64,000 nucleotides of DNA from Selaginella moellendorffii (GCF_000143415.4 NW_003314269.1:869246-933245), one strand, 5' to 3'. Positions 34,201 through 47,139 are shown, counted from the stretch's first letter. Numbers and translations are program-made. The notes: generated by a model not told the origin, from the sequence alone.

Positions 34201-37200
34201 GTTGTTGACATAATTAATGTTAAGATTTGAGTGAAATGAGATATTTCTCCGAAAAATTGATATTGAGTTTCATTGGTCTCGATAGAGATAGTGTTTATGA
34301 TTTGGTTGTAGCTTTGTGTTATTAACATTCGTGCATTTGCTAGTTAGCAACTATGTTGACGTTCAAATAAACTGAGTGGCAAGTTAAGTTAGTTATGTTC
34401 TAGACAATTGCTTAGTCGAGGTTGAGTTTCAGGCTTTTCCTTGAAAAGTTATTTAGTCGTAGACTATGCTAACTCTACAAGCGGAAGAGTTAGTGATTGA
34501 TATTGAAATGTTTGAATCCTTATTGGATTTAAATTGGGATATATTGACCATTGATGATTCTTCTTGTGCTTGTTATGAAGTGAATTATGTCTTGTTATAG
34601 ATGGATTTATGGAGGATCGTTTAATGATCACTTGTTGAGCATAGCTTCATTGTGCTTAACTTTTGGATTGATGCAGATATGCTCTTCATTAACTTTTGCA
34701 TTATGAAGTTTAGCTTCTAGATGTGTTAAGGAGGATATTGTGGGTTGTACCATGATTTTTTTTTTAGCATTGAAATTAGTTCATGCAAGACTCGTAATCA
34801 TTGTTAGGCAAGACTTAGCTATGGGCTTCTTCGAGCTTTTGGTTCTTTGAGTTTTCATGCTCATTGTTCCATTTGTTAGAAGTTGTTGGGAAAGACATTT
34901 TTGGCTTATTATCTTCAATAACGTTAGTATTTGCATTTGGCAATCATTGGTGATAATTGACTATCATCTAGGATAGTTGATTATCCTTGTCAAAAGTTTT
35001 GCTTGATTGTTGTTGATATAGAATGATTTGCTGTTCTTTGGGATAGTAGATTATTTCTTTGACAATGATTATGCATCTCTTTATTGATGAGATGATTGAT
35101 GATCTTCCATGATAGTTAGTTGCTCTCTTTGATGGCTTATGGCTTTTCGCAATACCACATATTCTTTGTGGTTTGCTCTGGATTGGTCTTTTGGGTTTGA
35201 GACATTGATAGGATGTTACTGGCACTTGCTTAAACAACTCTGGTTCCTTGATATTATTGATTAAGATTTATTCAAATTGGCTAATGCAATAGTTGGTATG
35301 AAGAAGTATTTGTTGGTTTTACCACATTCATTCTGTTCTATTGATTGTTGCTCAAGTTCGTTCTAATAGATTGGGATGTTATTTCTTTCGAATAACTCAT
35401 TCACAAGCATTTTGCTTGCTAATCAATGATACTTTGTGTTCTTTGAGTTCTCTTCCATAAGTTGTTTGGCATACTGTCTACAATCTTTGATAGTTAAGTT
35501 TCATCATTGAATGTCTTTGATGATATATTTATTATTGAATTTTGTTGAATAGTGATTCCTATGTTTACCAATTATGATGATCTTGGTGGTTCATATACTA
35601 TAATACTAGTTTATCAGATAATAACTTACTTGGAATACTTTTATGTTCTAATATAAAATTTATTCACTAATAATTATGACTTCATTATTTTTGACTTTGA
35701 TATTGTCCATTTATTGATCTTTGGATTTTGGGCCAGTATAGGCAGACTGGCTTCGGCATTTCATATGCATGGTGAAATCTATAGTCATGGGGTAGCTACT
35801 GTTGATTGGTTATATCACCCGCCTCTCTGTCAATGTTCCTTATTCCATTAAAAGGGCGTAACCATGTAAACAACTGTAACTGCCTGTTTACAGTAGTCTA
35901 TCTAAACCTTAATGATGGGTTTGGTTTCTTTGCTCAGGAGGGTTGGGGCCTCTGGCTTCTCTCTTTATATTCCTGCAAGCAAAGGTGTATCACACTTTTG
36001 TAAGTTGGGTGACACCTAGAGCAACAAGGGTGGCTGACTCTATTGGTCATTTTTTTGTTAGTGACGGCCGGAAGGTGTCTGAGCTTGTAGCTCATCTACG
36101 TTAGACAAAGAGGTTGCCTCCTAACTCATTTAACTCACATAGTGTGAATACCATGAACTTTTTAGAATTGTTTTCTTAGTAGTATTTTAGACTCGAGTAT
36201 GTATCGACAAGGATGTCGATCTTTCATAGGGGGGGAGAGTGTCGCAAATGTGACTTCGGGTATCGAAAGTTACCTGTCAGCTAGTCCTTACGAACACTCT
36301 TTCCTTACTACCACGATAGCAAGAGGTCGGTATTGCTAAACCCTTTATTAGTCCTTCTTGTTCAAGTATTAGTAAACTGAACTTTGCATCTATACTTGGC
36401 TGGATGAACATAAGGACGGAATTCCTAAATGTCTATTTAACTAAGTATACTTGGCTTAGTTTTTTAGTTTTCTTTTGCTCTGTCTTACACTGGCTTGATA
36501 AGAACCCTTGCGTATTGAGACTAATCCCTCAATATCGCTAGATGATAGCTTACCATGTTTGCCAAACACCCTCGCTATCATGCCCTTTATGTTAGTCTTA
36601 TTTCGGTCCCAAATGTTATTTATGGAAAGTGTCTAGATTTGCTCATTTGGCATATCTACGAAATGTAGAGATTGGTTTGAACACAATGCTGTTCATACTA
36701 TGTCCAAATTCGCAATCTAATGCCATTCCATATTTAGTAAGTTTCGAGCTTGTCCCAAAGACTAACTCCTGGTACTAAGGGAGGCTTGGGGTGAAAGCCC
36801 AAAGTGTGTGTTCCTCAAGAGGGGGGGCTATGGGGGGTTCCAAATTATAGTAAGGATAGTGGGTAGGTTAGGTATAGCCGACCAACCTAAGGCATAGTCT
36901 AGCTCCCGCTTGTGTGCTTGTATTTGTTCTACATGTAGCTTGGGTTTAAGCCTAAGTTCCATTCCATGCTAGCTGGTGGAGTACCCATATCTTTGTGTTA
37001 GGCCACCGGTATGCTAAAATAGCGCTAAATTCCATTTAGCTCCATTTTGCGTGCTAGTCCTAGCATTGGGATGTTAGTTACTCTATGACTGTTCTAAGTC
37101 GCTCCGGACTCTTGTCCCTTTGCTCCTTAGGCTGTATGCTTGGGAGTTGCTCCATGGTCCGGTTTCATCACTCCTTGGCTTCATACTTGGGAGTTTGGCA

Positions 37201-37365
37201 CCATTCTTTTGTTGCCCAAGGCCTTGAACTTCGGGTTCCACACCACGTTCCTTTGGACACGTGGCATGTGACATGTGGCATCTATCACATTACACAAAGA
37301 GGTTTTAGGTTCGGCTTCATGGTGTTATCCTATAGTAAATCACCATAGGATAAAGGGTAAAAACC
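31249..37365 (-). mobile_element. Unclassified decayed retroelement inserted into the gypsy integrase
   Basis: RT-like DIDKS..TWKTYVSVMTQ..CN (~33700-33980) and RH-like ILSQG and STDQPL on the minus strand. Identical 22-bp repeats at 31253-31274 and 37345-37366. Host integrase resumes at ~37366. Confidence 0.55.
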
Positions 37366-38136
37366 ATAATAATGAAATATATAAACTTTCAATATTCTAA
37401 TTAAGATGATTATTTGCTATGCATATATTATAGGGGTATAGAGTTCCAAGTGCTTCACTATATAAACCCTTCTATGATTATAATTTAATGTTGCTAATGG
37501 AGCTGAAGTTACTTTCATAATTGCCATAAGCTATTGATGTTAGATCTTGGGATTAGTATTTGATAAACATTCTTCCATTAATTCAAACAGAGTCTACTAA
37601 ACACTTGGGTGATATATAAGTGGGATAACAATAGTGTTATAACTCCTATCATTATCCACATACAAAATACAAAATAAATAATATAGTATTAATTTATTTT
37701 TTCAATCTTACAGTATGTGGTTTATTTCAAGGGTTTTTTGGTTAGTGGAAAAGACTATATCAAGTGTTGTGGCAAATTGTACTAGAAGTTTATAAGGTTT
37801 TGCATAATTTTCAATAAGTTAATCTTCTAGAAATTATGCATATATAGTGACTGAAACACTTTATATAAAAGAATCTAAAATAAATTGCACCACTTATAGA
37901 TTTACTAGTGTTTTTTATCAATGTTCTTTTAGATCCTAACCCATCACCTAGAGAACTTTAATTGCCTTTTATGAAGTGGAGGTTTAAATGTATGGCTATA
38001 ATACCATATATTAATATTAGCATTAGGATTTTGATAACCATTGAATATGTTTTGAACACCTTATATAAGTTAGAGTTTTTGAGCTAATTAAATATGTATA
38101 TTTTTATATTTTATTTCTATATTCCATACACTCATA
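37366..38136 (+). mobile_element. 3' end (integrase C-terminus plus 3' LTR) of the hypermutated gypsy copy
   Basis: Collinear with the reverse complement of ~19280-18471. Eroded LTR at ~37976-38136 ending tattccatacactcata (young copy: tattccatgcactcaca). Confidence 0.85.
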
Positions 38137-38886
38137 CATAGAAAACATCTAAGATAAAAAAAATCTTTTACCTATAAAGTTGAGTGATTGGGATTTTAAT
38201 TTTTTAACAATAAATAAAAATTAAATATAGAGAACTTTTGATAAAGATCGTATATTGAAAATTTCATAAGTTTTAATCAAAAAATACAAAAAAATGTTTA
38301 ATTAAAAAATGCATGAAGACAGATTACCATCATAAATGCACATGTGGTTAGTTTTATAAAAGGCCCCCCTTTTGCAAGAGCTGATTAAATTATTTTTAAT
38401 AAAGAAAAAAAATATTTTCTATTTTATTTTCATAGTTTTAACAGATTACATTATCAATTTTTAGATTTTTTTATAGTTTAAACAATTTAATTTTTTTCTT
38501 TATTAAGTTTTCACTTAAGAGAGAAACTGATTAACAATTTAAGCTTTACTTAAAAATTACTGAGAGTCTATTCAGTTTTTAGGATTTTATATTAAGCCAT
38601 ATTAACATTCTCCTATTAACAGAAATGTTTCATACATTCCCCTAGCACTAGAATTATGCAGCAAAAAGGGAAAAGAAGAATGTGGGTGATAGTGGGGCAT
38701 AATCTTTAGAAGCACAATAAAAAGCAGAAGCAATCTAAGCATTCGTCCTCCACTTTATTTATAGAGAATCCTCGGCTATGAGAACCAAACTGGCTGACTT
38801 TACTCTTACGTGCATACTTGATCTTCTTCCTTTTTTCTTTTCTTCTTCTTTACATATATTTTTACAAGTTTTTTCAAAGCTGGTTA

Positions 38887-39926
38887 TCAAAGATGCAAGG
38901 ACGTGTCCACCTCCTCGTCGTCATCAATCGGTATGCTTCTCTTTGCAGTTTTCCAATTCTTGAGGAGGCCTGGCCGGTACGGCTGCTGTACAAGATCACG
39001 AGGCAGCAGCGAGGCCGACGAATTTGAAGCTGGGAGCTCGGATTGATCCGAGAACTCGTCCTGTGCCGGATTATCAAGCAGTGACAAGAGAACCGTTTTG
39101 CTGCTCTTGGCACCATGAGGATGATCGACAGGATCCTTCTCTGGATTGATGGTGCCGAAAAACGGAGCTGGAGTGTCGGGATGAACAGGAAAGACCATGG
39201 AACTAGAGGTGGTGGTGTTTCTCATGAGATTGTGATGAGGATTGCAAGAGGTTGACATGGAAGAAGATGAAGATGGAGGAGGAGGAAAGGTAGAACACGG
39301 GGATGTGAAACTTGGCCGAGGCTGGATGATCACTTCATGGTTGGAGTTGTATAACTGCTTGGTCTGTCTCATCTCCTTGTCCCTCTCGAGACGTTGGAAC
39401 CTTTGCTGGAGCAAAGCGATGGTGGGATGGTGTTCGTGGCGCTGCTCCTGGAAGTATTCCGGAATTGGAGCTCCTTGCTGCGAGTAGCGGCTGTTTTGCT
39501 GCTGCTGGACACCTGAAAGTTTGTGGATCGATGAGTCCAAACTCTCGACTAAGTGATCTTTCTTCTTACCATGGAGGCGTACGTAGCTCAGGAGTTGCAA
39601 TTGGAGAGTGTTTTGGATCCTCCTCGCTGCATCCTCATCGAACAGGGTTGGATCCTCGAAGAAGTGCCGCTGCCGCTGCTGCTGCTGCTGCCGCTGGTGT
39701 TGCAGACGATCGAGATGATCCTGCCTTGCTTCGAACTGGAATGGAGTCGTGGGACTCGCCAGTGGCTTGAAGTCTCCACCGCTTGCTCCTCCTCCTCCTT
39801 CCTCGTCTTTAAATTTGACGAAGAAATCCTTTGGTTTTGCAACCTCTGCTTCACAAGTTCTTCCAGCGTGAGAGGTGGAGATTCCTATCACAACTTACTC
39901 AGATTTTCGCTGCGCTCGATCTGCAT
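38887..39926 (-). CDS. Uncharacterised land-plant protein with IALLQxRFQRL coiled coil and C-terminal DTSLHL (EAR-like) motif; start uncertain
   Basis: Open frame of 334 codons from 39891. PTIALLQQRFQRLERDKEMR and terminal VDTSLHL* recall a small conserved plant family. Candidate ATG at 39926 needs splicing to join the frame. Confidence 0.65.
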
Positions 39927-41036
39927 AGCTCCCCGCTCGCGCTCGTTCAAGACGCTAGTATCAACACGCAAGCAAAGCACACTAGAGAGAAAAGAAAAAG
40001 AAAGCTTCTTTCATAGACTACAAGTTGCATGCTCTGGAACTCGCAAACCAGACGCGGACACACACTTAGACAAATTCTCTATTTTAATCGAAGAAAAGAC
40101 TCTATACCCCAATGATCATTTTCCAAAAAACTCCAACCAAACCATCTCCAAGATAGAAAGCGTGCTCCCTTGAGCCACATTTCACTTTAAAAAGCCTGGG
40201 TATATTCCAGTGTTTTCTCCCTTGGTTCCTTTCCCTTGTCGTTTGCCACCCCGGGAAGAATCTAGCCACTGGTTTCCACTGGCGCCCACTCATCCGGGCC
40301 GTCCACTCCCACTCTTCGTCTCCATGCAAAACTTCGCCAGTGTGGAGCCACGAGCAAACCAACAACAAAGCGCTCGAGAAGGAGCACAAGAAGGGAATCT
40401 CACGGAAGAGCGATGGCGTCGCTGTTTCCTTCCCTTATAATAATGCTCGCTCTTCCCCGGATCGATCAATCTCTAGCGAACAAAAAAAAGAAGAGAAAGT
40501 GTAAGAATCATAAAAAGTTGGAATGCCAATGCCCACCATAAAATCACCACAGCCTTGCTCCATTGTCTCGTTGCTCACGTCTACATTGTCTCCTTCCTTC
40601 ATCTCTCTGTCGCTAGCACTTGTCCCCGCCTGACACAGGTAAATTCTGCAAATCTGTGTCGATGTCACGAGAACGCCATCAAGAGCGTTACAGTCCCCTC
40701 TTCTGCTTTTTTTTCTCCTCCTCGTTGATGCTACGCCGCCTGTGGCGTGTCCTAACTTGGAAACTCTTTCACCGCTATGAACAAGTCTTCTCGAGCAGAG
40801 CCACCGGCGACTTTGAGTGTCATCACTGCGAGCATGACACATTAGAAACACGACGATACCTCCCCCCTTCATTTATAGACAAATTGAAAAAAACCCGTGG
40901 ACGATATCCTCTGGAAGGAAGGATCCTCACGGCTGACGATGGTCAAAGTTCAAACGAGAGATAGACACGCTGGATGCGAAACTTCGTCAGAGAGAAAATA
41001 GCACCTCTTCATGAAACGCTTACCTCAACCTCATCG

Positions 41037-43290
41037 TTATCTGATTCTGTGCCTGATGTTGCTCTTACACATGCAATCTGGAGCCGGATAAGTGTAGATT
41101 GATTGCTTTGGCTGCCGCAGCCGGACCTGTCCAAGTCTGTTGCGGTGTCCATTGTAGACTCGGTTTTGGAACTCCGGCCACTCCATGCTAGAGTTCGAGA
41201 ACAAACGCGAGAGGAGCACCATATCAGGTCTCAAAGTCTTTTGCACGTTTTGATAGGTCCTGTGTCCTATCTGAAACAACTTGACTTAGACCGGTAGAAT
41301 GCATCTTAGACACAACAAAAACGAGGGCTTACCACCGCGTTGTGCATGTTGCCCGGCGAAGCAGACAGGAAAAAATCACTCTTCAAGCATACATAGTAGT
41401 CGAGAGCAGCCGAGAGCGAAGCCTTCCGCTCGAAAGGTCTTAACTCAGCGTCTATAGCGAGGCTGGCCTTGTCTTGCATCAGCGGAAATATGTTCTTCAA
41501 GAAGGACAACCTTGCCTCGCCACCATAAATCTGCAAGGCGTAATTGAGGGGCACACTCACATCGTCGATTCATTTTACCTGGTGCGATGCTAGATAGACA
41601 CGAGTGTGTGGGCCAAATCCAAGTGCAGCCAAAGTAAGGCCCGCTTCTTCAGGAGTCAGCGGGCATTTCCCAAGAAGCCGCAACTGCTGTACTGTAAGTC
41701 GAGAATTTGGAACTCTCCCTTGCCAGACCTTGTGCCGGTAGTAGGCCAAAGCTAACTGCTCTACTCTTCCGCCACCAAAATCACATGCCGAGTGCGCTGC
41801 CATGTCCTATCATAGTCATCACCAGAAAACAAAGGTCCAATACATTACAACTCGGCGAGAAGATGAAACTAATCGCTGTCATACCTTGTCAAATCGTAAA
41901 TGGAGGGCAACGAACTTGGATGGCGGACTATCATTTTGCGCTTGTCGAAGACGGCTCACAATCACATCACCAACGGAAGTGATTGCTTTCACGAACCGCA
42001 AAGCATGAAAATTCACTTTGCAGCGAAGCTTCTGTATCTCCGGAGGAACCTCATCAAAAGCCAGGCGATGAGAAAAGGGTGCTATAGCTGCAACTCCATA
42101 ACTACACAACTCCATCAGCTCAGCACCGCAATTAACAAGCAAGAAAGCGTTGACAGTACCTCTGCAAGATGGGCAAAACATTTGCCACGTACCAGCTGGG
42201 CCGAGCATGGACTGGCGCATCCTTGACTCTCGTTGCTCGAAAGCCCGTGGCGTAATACTCCCGTGTGCTCCAATAAAATTCACTCGGTAGGCCCTTCACA
42301 ATCTTAACATCAGCGGCCAGATAATCGATAAAGTAATCCACATCATATATGTCTGCAAAAGAGCTACACGAAACATAAGCCTAGCGCACGAACACTCGTG
42401 TAGATAAAATCGCACACGCGTACCTGCTATCCTGCCAGACGGGATTCACGTCGAGGTGGGGTACGACAAGCGTGGCGTTCAAAATCTTCGCTACAGCAAC
42501 CGCATCACACACCTGAAAAAGACGCCACAGCCTCTTTAGTCCACAATCCAAAGCTAAGAAAGATACGGTGAAGTAGAGACGCACACCCATTCTTTGTTGG
42601 TTCAAGCCGCCCTCCAGAAAAACTTGTAGATAGAAATTCGCTGAAAGAACACCACAAAGTCAAGAGGACTGGCCAGACCAAGTAAAAGTTCTTACAAGAA
42701 GAAATGCTTCCCACACTCTGTCGAAGGCAAGGGGCCCAACCGTCATTGTCCGGCGGATGCCACAAAAGCGCCGACTCGCCAGACCTTGAACTATTCTGTA
42801 CGACGAATGGGAAAAAATAAAATAAAAATACACGAGGAGCATACAGAACAAAATACACGAGGATCGAGAAAAATAAAAAAAGGATGAGAAGTTGTACCAT
42901 GTTTGATTCCGCCAAAGAGGCCATGAGCACAGAATGCTGGGCCGAGGGAGCCTCCCATTCCTATAAAAAAAAAGAGAAAAGCACAAGAGTCACACAGAAA
43001 GTTCCGCAAACAAGCAAGAGAAAAAAGAAATCAAAGGGAAAGCATCACGGAAATCCCATCGACTACGCACTAATAGGGAAATTATTGTAGCCCATGGATC
43101 CTGTGGCCACTATCCAGTATCAATGTGGCCAAAAAGCGATGGGAAAATCTATGAAACTCACCGAGAAGAGCGACATCCACGATGGAGACGAGTGCCGGAG
43201 CAGTAGATCGGGGCGCAGTAGCGGCAGGAGCACGACGAGAAATCCAAGACTGCGCCATAGCGCCAATCGCCTCGGGCTTCGCCCTCTCAT
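41037..43290 (-). CDS. GDP-fucose O-fucosyltransferase family protein (GT106)
   Basis: EGGLNQQRMG/VCDAVAVAKILNATLVVP, IAPFSHRL, IQKLRCKVNFHALRF, FVALHLRFDK/DMAAHSAC, GKCPLTPEE, AALDYYVCLKSDFF, PAPDCMC. N-terminal TM. Confidence 0.92.
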
Positions 43291-43706
43291 GGCGCCCTAA
43301 ACCCTAAAACCTGGGAATACCAATAGCCAATGGCAGACAGAAATGAAATAGGAAAGCACACAAACTTTTATTTATTCTCTTCCACCCCACTGAGGAAGAA
43401 GATAGAAACAACACAAGAGCGATGATAACGATCAAGTCACAGGAGCACGAAATGGCGTCGCTCAATCCAAGCTTGGTCATTGTCAGCTGCGCACTGATCG
43501 ATATAAAATGCACCAAAATCCACACGAGAATGAAGAAAAAACAAGCCACCAAGATCTAAGAAACCCGCTAGCACAGTGCTCTAGAACCTGGCATGAAACG
43601 AGGGAGAAATCGAGCGAGAGGGCGACAGAGGACGAGAAAGATGGAAGAACAGAGACGAAATGGATGCAACGACTACCAATCCGAAACTGGATTGTCGATC
43701 AATCTC

Positions 43707-44177
43707 TCACACCGCGACGATCAATCCGGGCATGGATGTCAACGTGAGCTCGCTTTCCCACAGTGGGTCATCCCTGGTGAAGAATCCGGCGCCCGTGACC
43801 GTGACCGAGGTGTTGAAGTACTCGCGCAGCTCCACGACCTTGCCCGACTTGATGGTGAAGACGTGAACCCAGCACGACTTGGAGGCGTCCAAGAATCCCT
43901 CGGCCAAGAACTTGTCCTGGACGAGGCAAACCCTGCTGGGGCTAAACGCGATCGATCCCAGCCGATCCGCGCCAGTGAGCATGCGCATGAGATGCTGCTC
44001 CGCCCTTGGCCCGTGGAACCACCACTCGATGTCCGCGGCCACCAGGGCCTTGACGATCTCTACATCACCCTGCGACACCGCCCGGTAGAGATTTCGCAGC
44101 ACCGCGTAGCCCTCCTGCTCGCTAGCCAGATCTTTCCCCAAATTTCTCTCAATCGGAGAGGCGCTGCTCTGAGACAT
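43707..44177 (-). CDS. Wound-induced WI12/WUN1-like protein (NTF2/SnoaL fold), copy 1
   Basis: DIEWWFHGP..QHLMRMLTG, AEG..WVHVFT, ELREYFNTSVTVT, LWES..SMPGLIVAV. ATG at 44177. Confidence 0.9.
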   Translation of the reverse strand: MSQSSASPIERNLGKDLASEQEGYAVLRNLYRAVSQGDVEIVKALVAADIEWWFHGPRAEQHLMRMLTGADRLGSIAFSPSRVCLVQDKFLAEGFLDASKSCWVHVFTIKSGKVVELREYFNTSVTVTGAGFFTRDDPLWESELTLTSMPGLIVAV

Positions 44178-45005
44178 GCAAATGCGCGACCACGGATTAG
44201 GGGAAAGAAACAAGAACGCCGCGCGGATCGATCGGAAGGGTAATCGACGAACCGGTAGCTAGCGCGATGCGATGGATCGATGGATCTTGCCGCTTGGAAC
44301 CAAGCCGCGCAAAATTTCGAGCCGGATCGATCGACCGACGAATGGAGTGAAAGAAAAGGAAGAGCCGGCGGGAAACAAGAGCTTCCTGGGAGCTCTCCAC
44401 GAAATCGCTGCGTCGTCACGCGCACGACTTTATAGTGCTTTACAGAAATCGACGGCGCTAACGATGCCCGGCCAACGGGCACGATTGTCCCACGTCACAT
44501 GTTTGCCGCGCAGGAATCGAACGCCCGAGGGGTGTCAAACAAATCCAACCATTACGATTAAGCTAGTGCCCTGGTTGACCACGCAGTGCCGCCACCACTG
44601 ACCAGTCAACGGAGAGAGCCGGGAATCGAGCCGGGAACCTCGAAGACTCTCTCGTAAATACGAGAGGAACCTTTGCACGGTGGTGCCAGATATATTCTTT
44701 CATTTGGATCTTTCTTTCCAGGACAAGAGAATGTAAGCCTCCCGTTTCCGAATCCTTCGATTCTCTTGGTGGATTGGGGAGGAGTAGAACAAATTACACG
44801 AGAGAAAGGGAAAGAGCGAAGAAAAAAACCCCCAAATCGATGGAAACACTGCCTACGTAGTGGAGCATTGCGATCAAAAAGAGCGTTGATGGAGTGGTGA
44901 AGGAGGAATCATGGGCTTCTCCCAAAATTCTTGGCGCATGAAAGAATGCTGGTGGTGGATTAGATCGATATTGATTCATATCGATTGGATCATGGTCGAT
45001 GATGA

Positions 45006-45548
45006 TCACATTGCCAAGACGAGGCCGGGCATTGATCGCCTCGTTCCTTGGCTCTGCCACAATGTGTTGCAACTGGATGGGGCGGTGACGGTCACCGACG
45101 TGTTGAAGCACTCGTTGAGCTCCACGATCCGCGAGCTGCTCGGGTCGATTGTCCATATGTGGACCCAGCAGATCTCTTGATCCAGCGCCGACGGCGCCGC
45201 GGAGGAAGACCTCCACGAAGAACTCGACGAAGAGGAGGAAGAACTCGAGGAAGCATTGCTCGCGGAGCTAGAGCGAGGCGGAGAGGCCATTTCTCGCATG
45301 GGCGCCTGGGATTTGCCCTCGGCGAAGATCCGGTCCCCGATCATACAAATCCGGGTGGGATTGAAGGAGAAGGAGCCCGGGCGATCCGCGCCAGTGAGCA
45401 TTCGCATGAGATGCTGGTGGGCGGGCGGGCCGTGGAATTGCCACTCCAGATCCTCGGTGATCATCGCGCCGACCGCCGCGGCATCGCCCACCGCGAGCGC
45501 ATTGTAGAAGGAGGCGATGATTTTCTCGTTGTCGCGCGTCCCCTCCAT
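45006..45548 (-). CDS. Wound-induced WI12/WUN1-like protein (NTF2/SnoaL fold), copy 2
   Basis: DLEWQFHGPPAHQHLMRMLTG, WVHIWT, ELNECFNTSVTVT, SMPGLVLAM, with a Ser-rich insertion. Confidence 0.9.
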   Translation of the reverse strand: MEGTRDNEKIIASFYNALAVGDAAAVGAMITEDLEWQFHGPPAHQHLMRMLTGADRPGSFSFNPTRICMIGDRIFAEGKSQAPMREMASPPRSSSASNASSSSSSSSSSSSWRSSSAAPSALDQEICWVHIWTIDPSSSRIVELNECFNTSVTVTAPSSCNTLWQSQGTRRSMPGLVLAM

Positions 45549-45772
45549 TACCTAGAAAGTAAGAGCGAGGAAGAAGAAGAGAGAATCTAGAATTGGAATC
45601 TAGAAAGGCTCTGGAATGTGGGTTTGCTTTGTGGCGACCATGGAATGGAGCCCCCTGTTTATATAGCTTCCATGGTGCGGTAAAGAACAAATGGGAATTT
45701 CTTACCAGCTGTCAATAACCGCGGTAACTTTCCAGGTCTACACAAGAAAGCTGGTGACAGTGGTTCCAGACG

Positions 45773-45828
45773 GACACGTGTCTGTTGTCAATCATTGCCG
45801 GAATGGGCAGCCCATCTCTGACACGTGG
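45773..45828 (-). promoter_or_regulatory. Paired G-boxes upstream of WI12 copy 2
   Basis: GACACGTGTC at 45773-45782 and GACACGTGG at 45820-45828. TATA-like tttatatag at ~45658-45666. Confidence 0.45.
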
Positions 45829-47139
45829 TCACTTTCCATTCGTTTGTAATGCTTATTAAAACGAACGGTCGCGATCCCGCGGCTGGAGTTGCCGGACTCG
45901 GGTCAAACAGATCGATGTTAATTAAAATGCGCCCATAGTTTTCTATGATCTTCCAGCCATGGTGATGGGAAACAATGGGAAACAATCGATTTTATCAAAC
46001 GCTATCCTTCGATTACGACCCGGTTTCTCGAGTTTCCTCCACGAATTGAGGGAGATGCTCTCGCAGACAAGAAAAGAAATCGAGCTGTCGAGCCGGCCTG
46101 CCGGAATTTCTCCGAATTTCTCGACTTTTCCATGAATTGGATGTCCCGATCTCGCGAGCAAGCAGCTCTAATCGAGCTGTCGATCCGTGCCGGGCGCGTT
46201 CGTGGGAGAGACATTGCCAATGGGGCGTGTCTCGCCCGATCTCTCATTCATCGAATTTCGCAGAGTTTTCTGGTCTGTGGTTTGATCTTAGTTTTCGTCC
46301 CAAAAAACAAAGGACTCCATGGTCTGCTCTGGTCGGTGTCTCGCATTAGAAGAAGATTGATAGAAAACATTAGCGCCGAGGCATTCAATTCGATTCAAAC
46401 AAAAGCGAGCGGGCGATCAATCAGTCCATTGGATCATTGAGAGAGACCCTGCGCCGGGCGTGGGAAGCCGCCTGACTGCCCTCCCTTTGCAAGTCAATCC
46501 CCAGTTCTCGATTTTTACCGCGCCATATAAATCGCTGGACTGGACCGCGCTGCTACCCTGGATCCAGCGAGCGGCGATTTAAAGGCTGGTATGGGATGGG
46601 ATGTGAACGATCGATCGACTATAGACAGATATGGCAATCTAGCTCACACGGCCCGAGATCGCACAGGCGAAAAGGGGAAGCGGATGGAGTGGTGGTGGCT
46701 CACTTGCATTGACGAGCACAATCAATCCATCCTTGGGTCGTCCCCAAATGATAGAGAGAAAAGGAGAGTCTGTGCGTGTGCATTCCTGGCCTCTGGGTGT
46801 CGTAAGGCTGCGCGATGTCATCAATTCTGGGAATCTGTGAGGACACAGCTAAGCGCTAGTCCAAGGAGAATGGATGCCCACCAAGAAATTTACGCGCAAA
46901 ACCAGTAGCTCTGTTTTCTAGGGCTCCAGGGAAGACGAAGACCAATTTCCAGATTTTTCAAATACAAATTTTTAGGGTTCTTGATGGTTCTTGCAAATTC
47001 TCAAAGCTCTCCTTTTTATCCGACGCTCTATAGACTAATTAGAATGTGTTGATATACTCGCTACCACAAATCTCCCATTTCTCCCCAGTTCGCCGCGCCA
47101 CCGTAGTCAAATAATGTTTTGGATGCCCGATCATCGTTG

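Noticed and set aside
46500-46585. Possible miRNA hairpin (TCGCTGGA/TCCAGCGA)
   Set aside because: The stem is short and matches no conserved miRNA I recognise.
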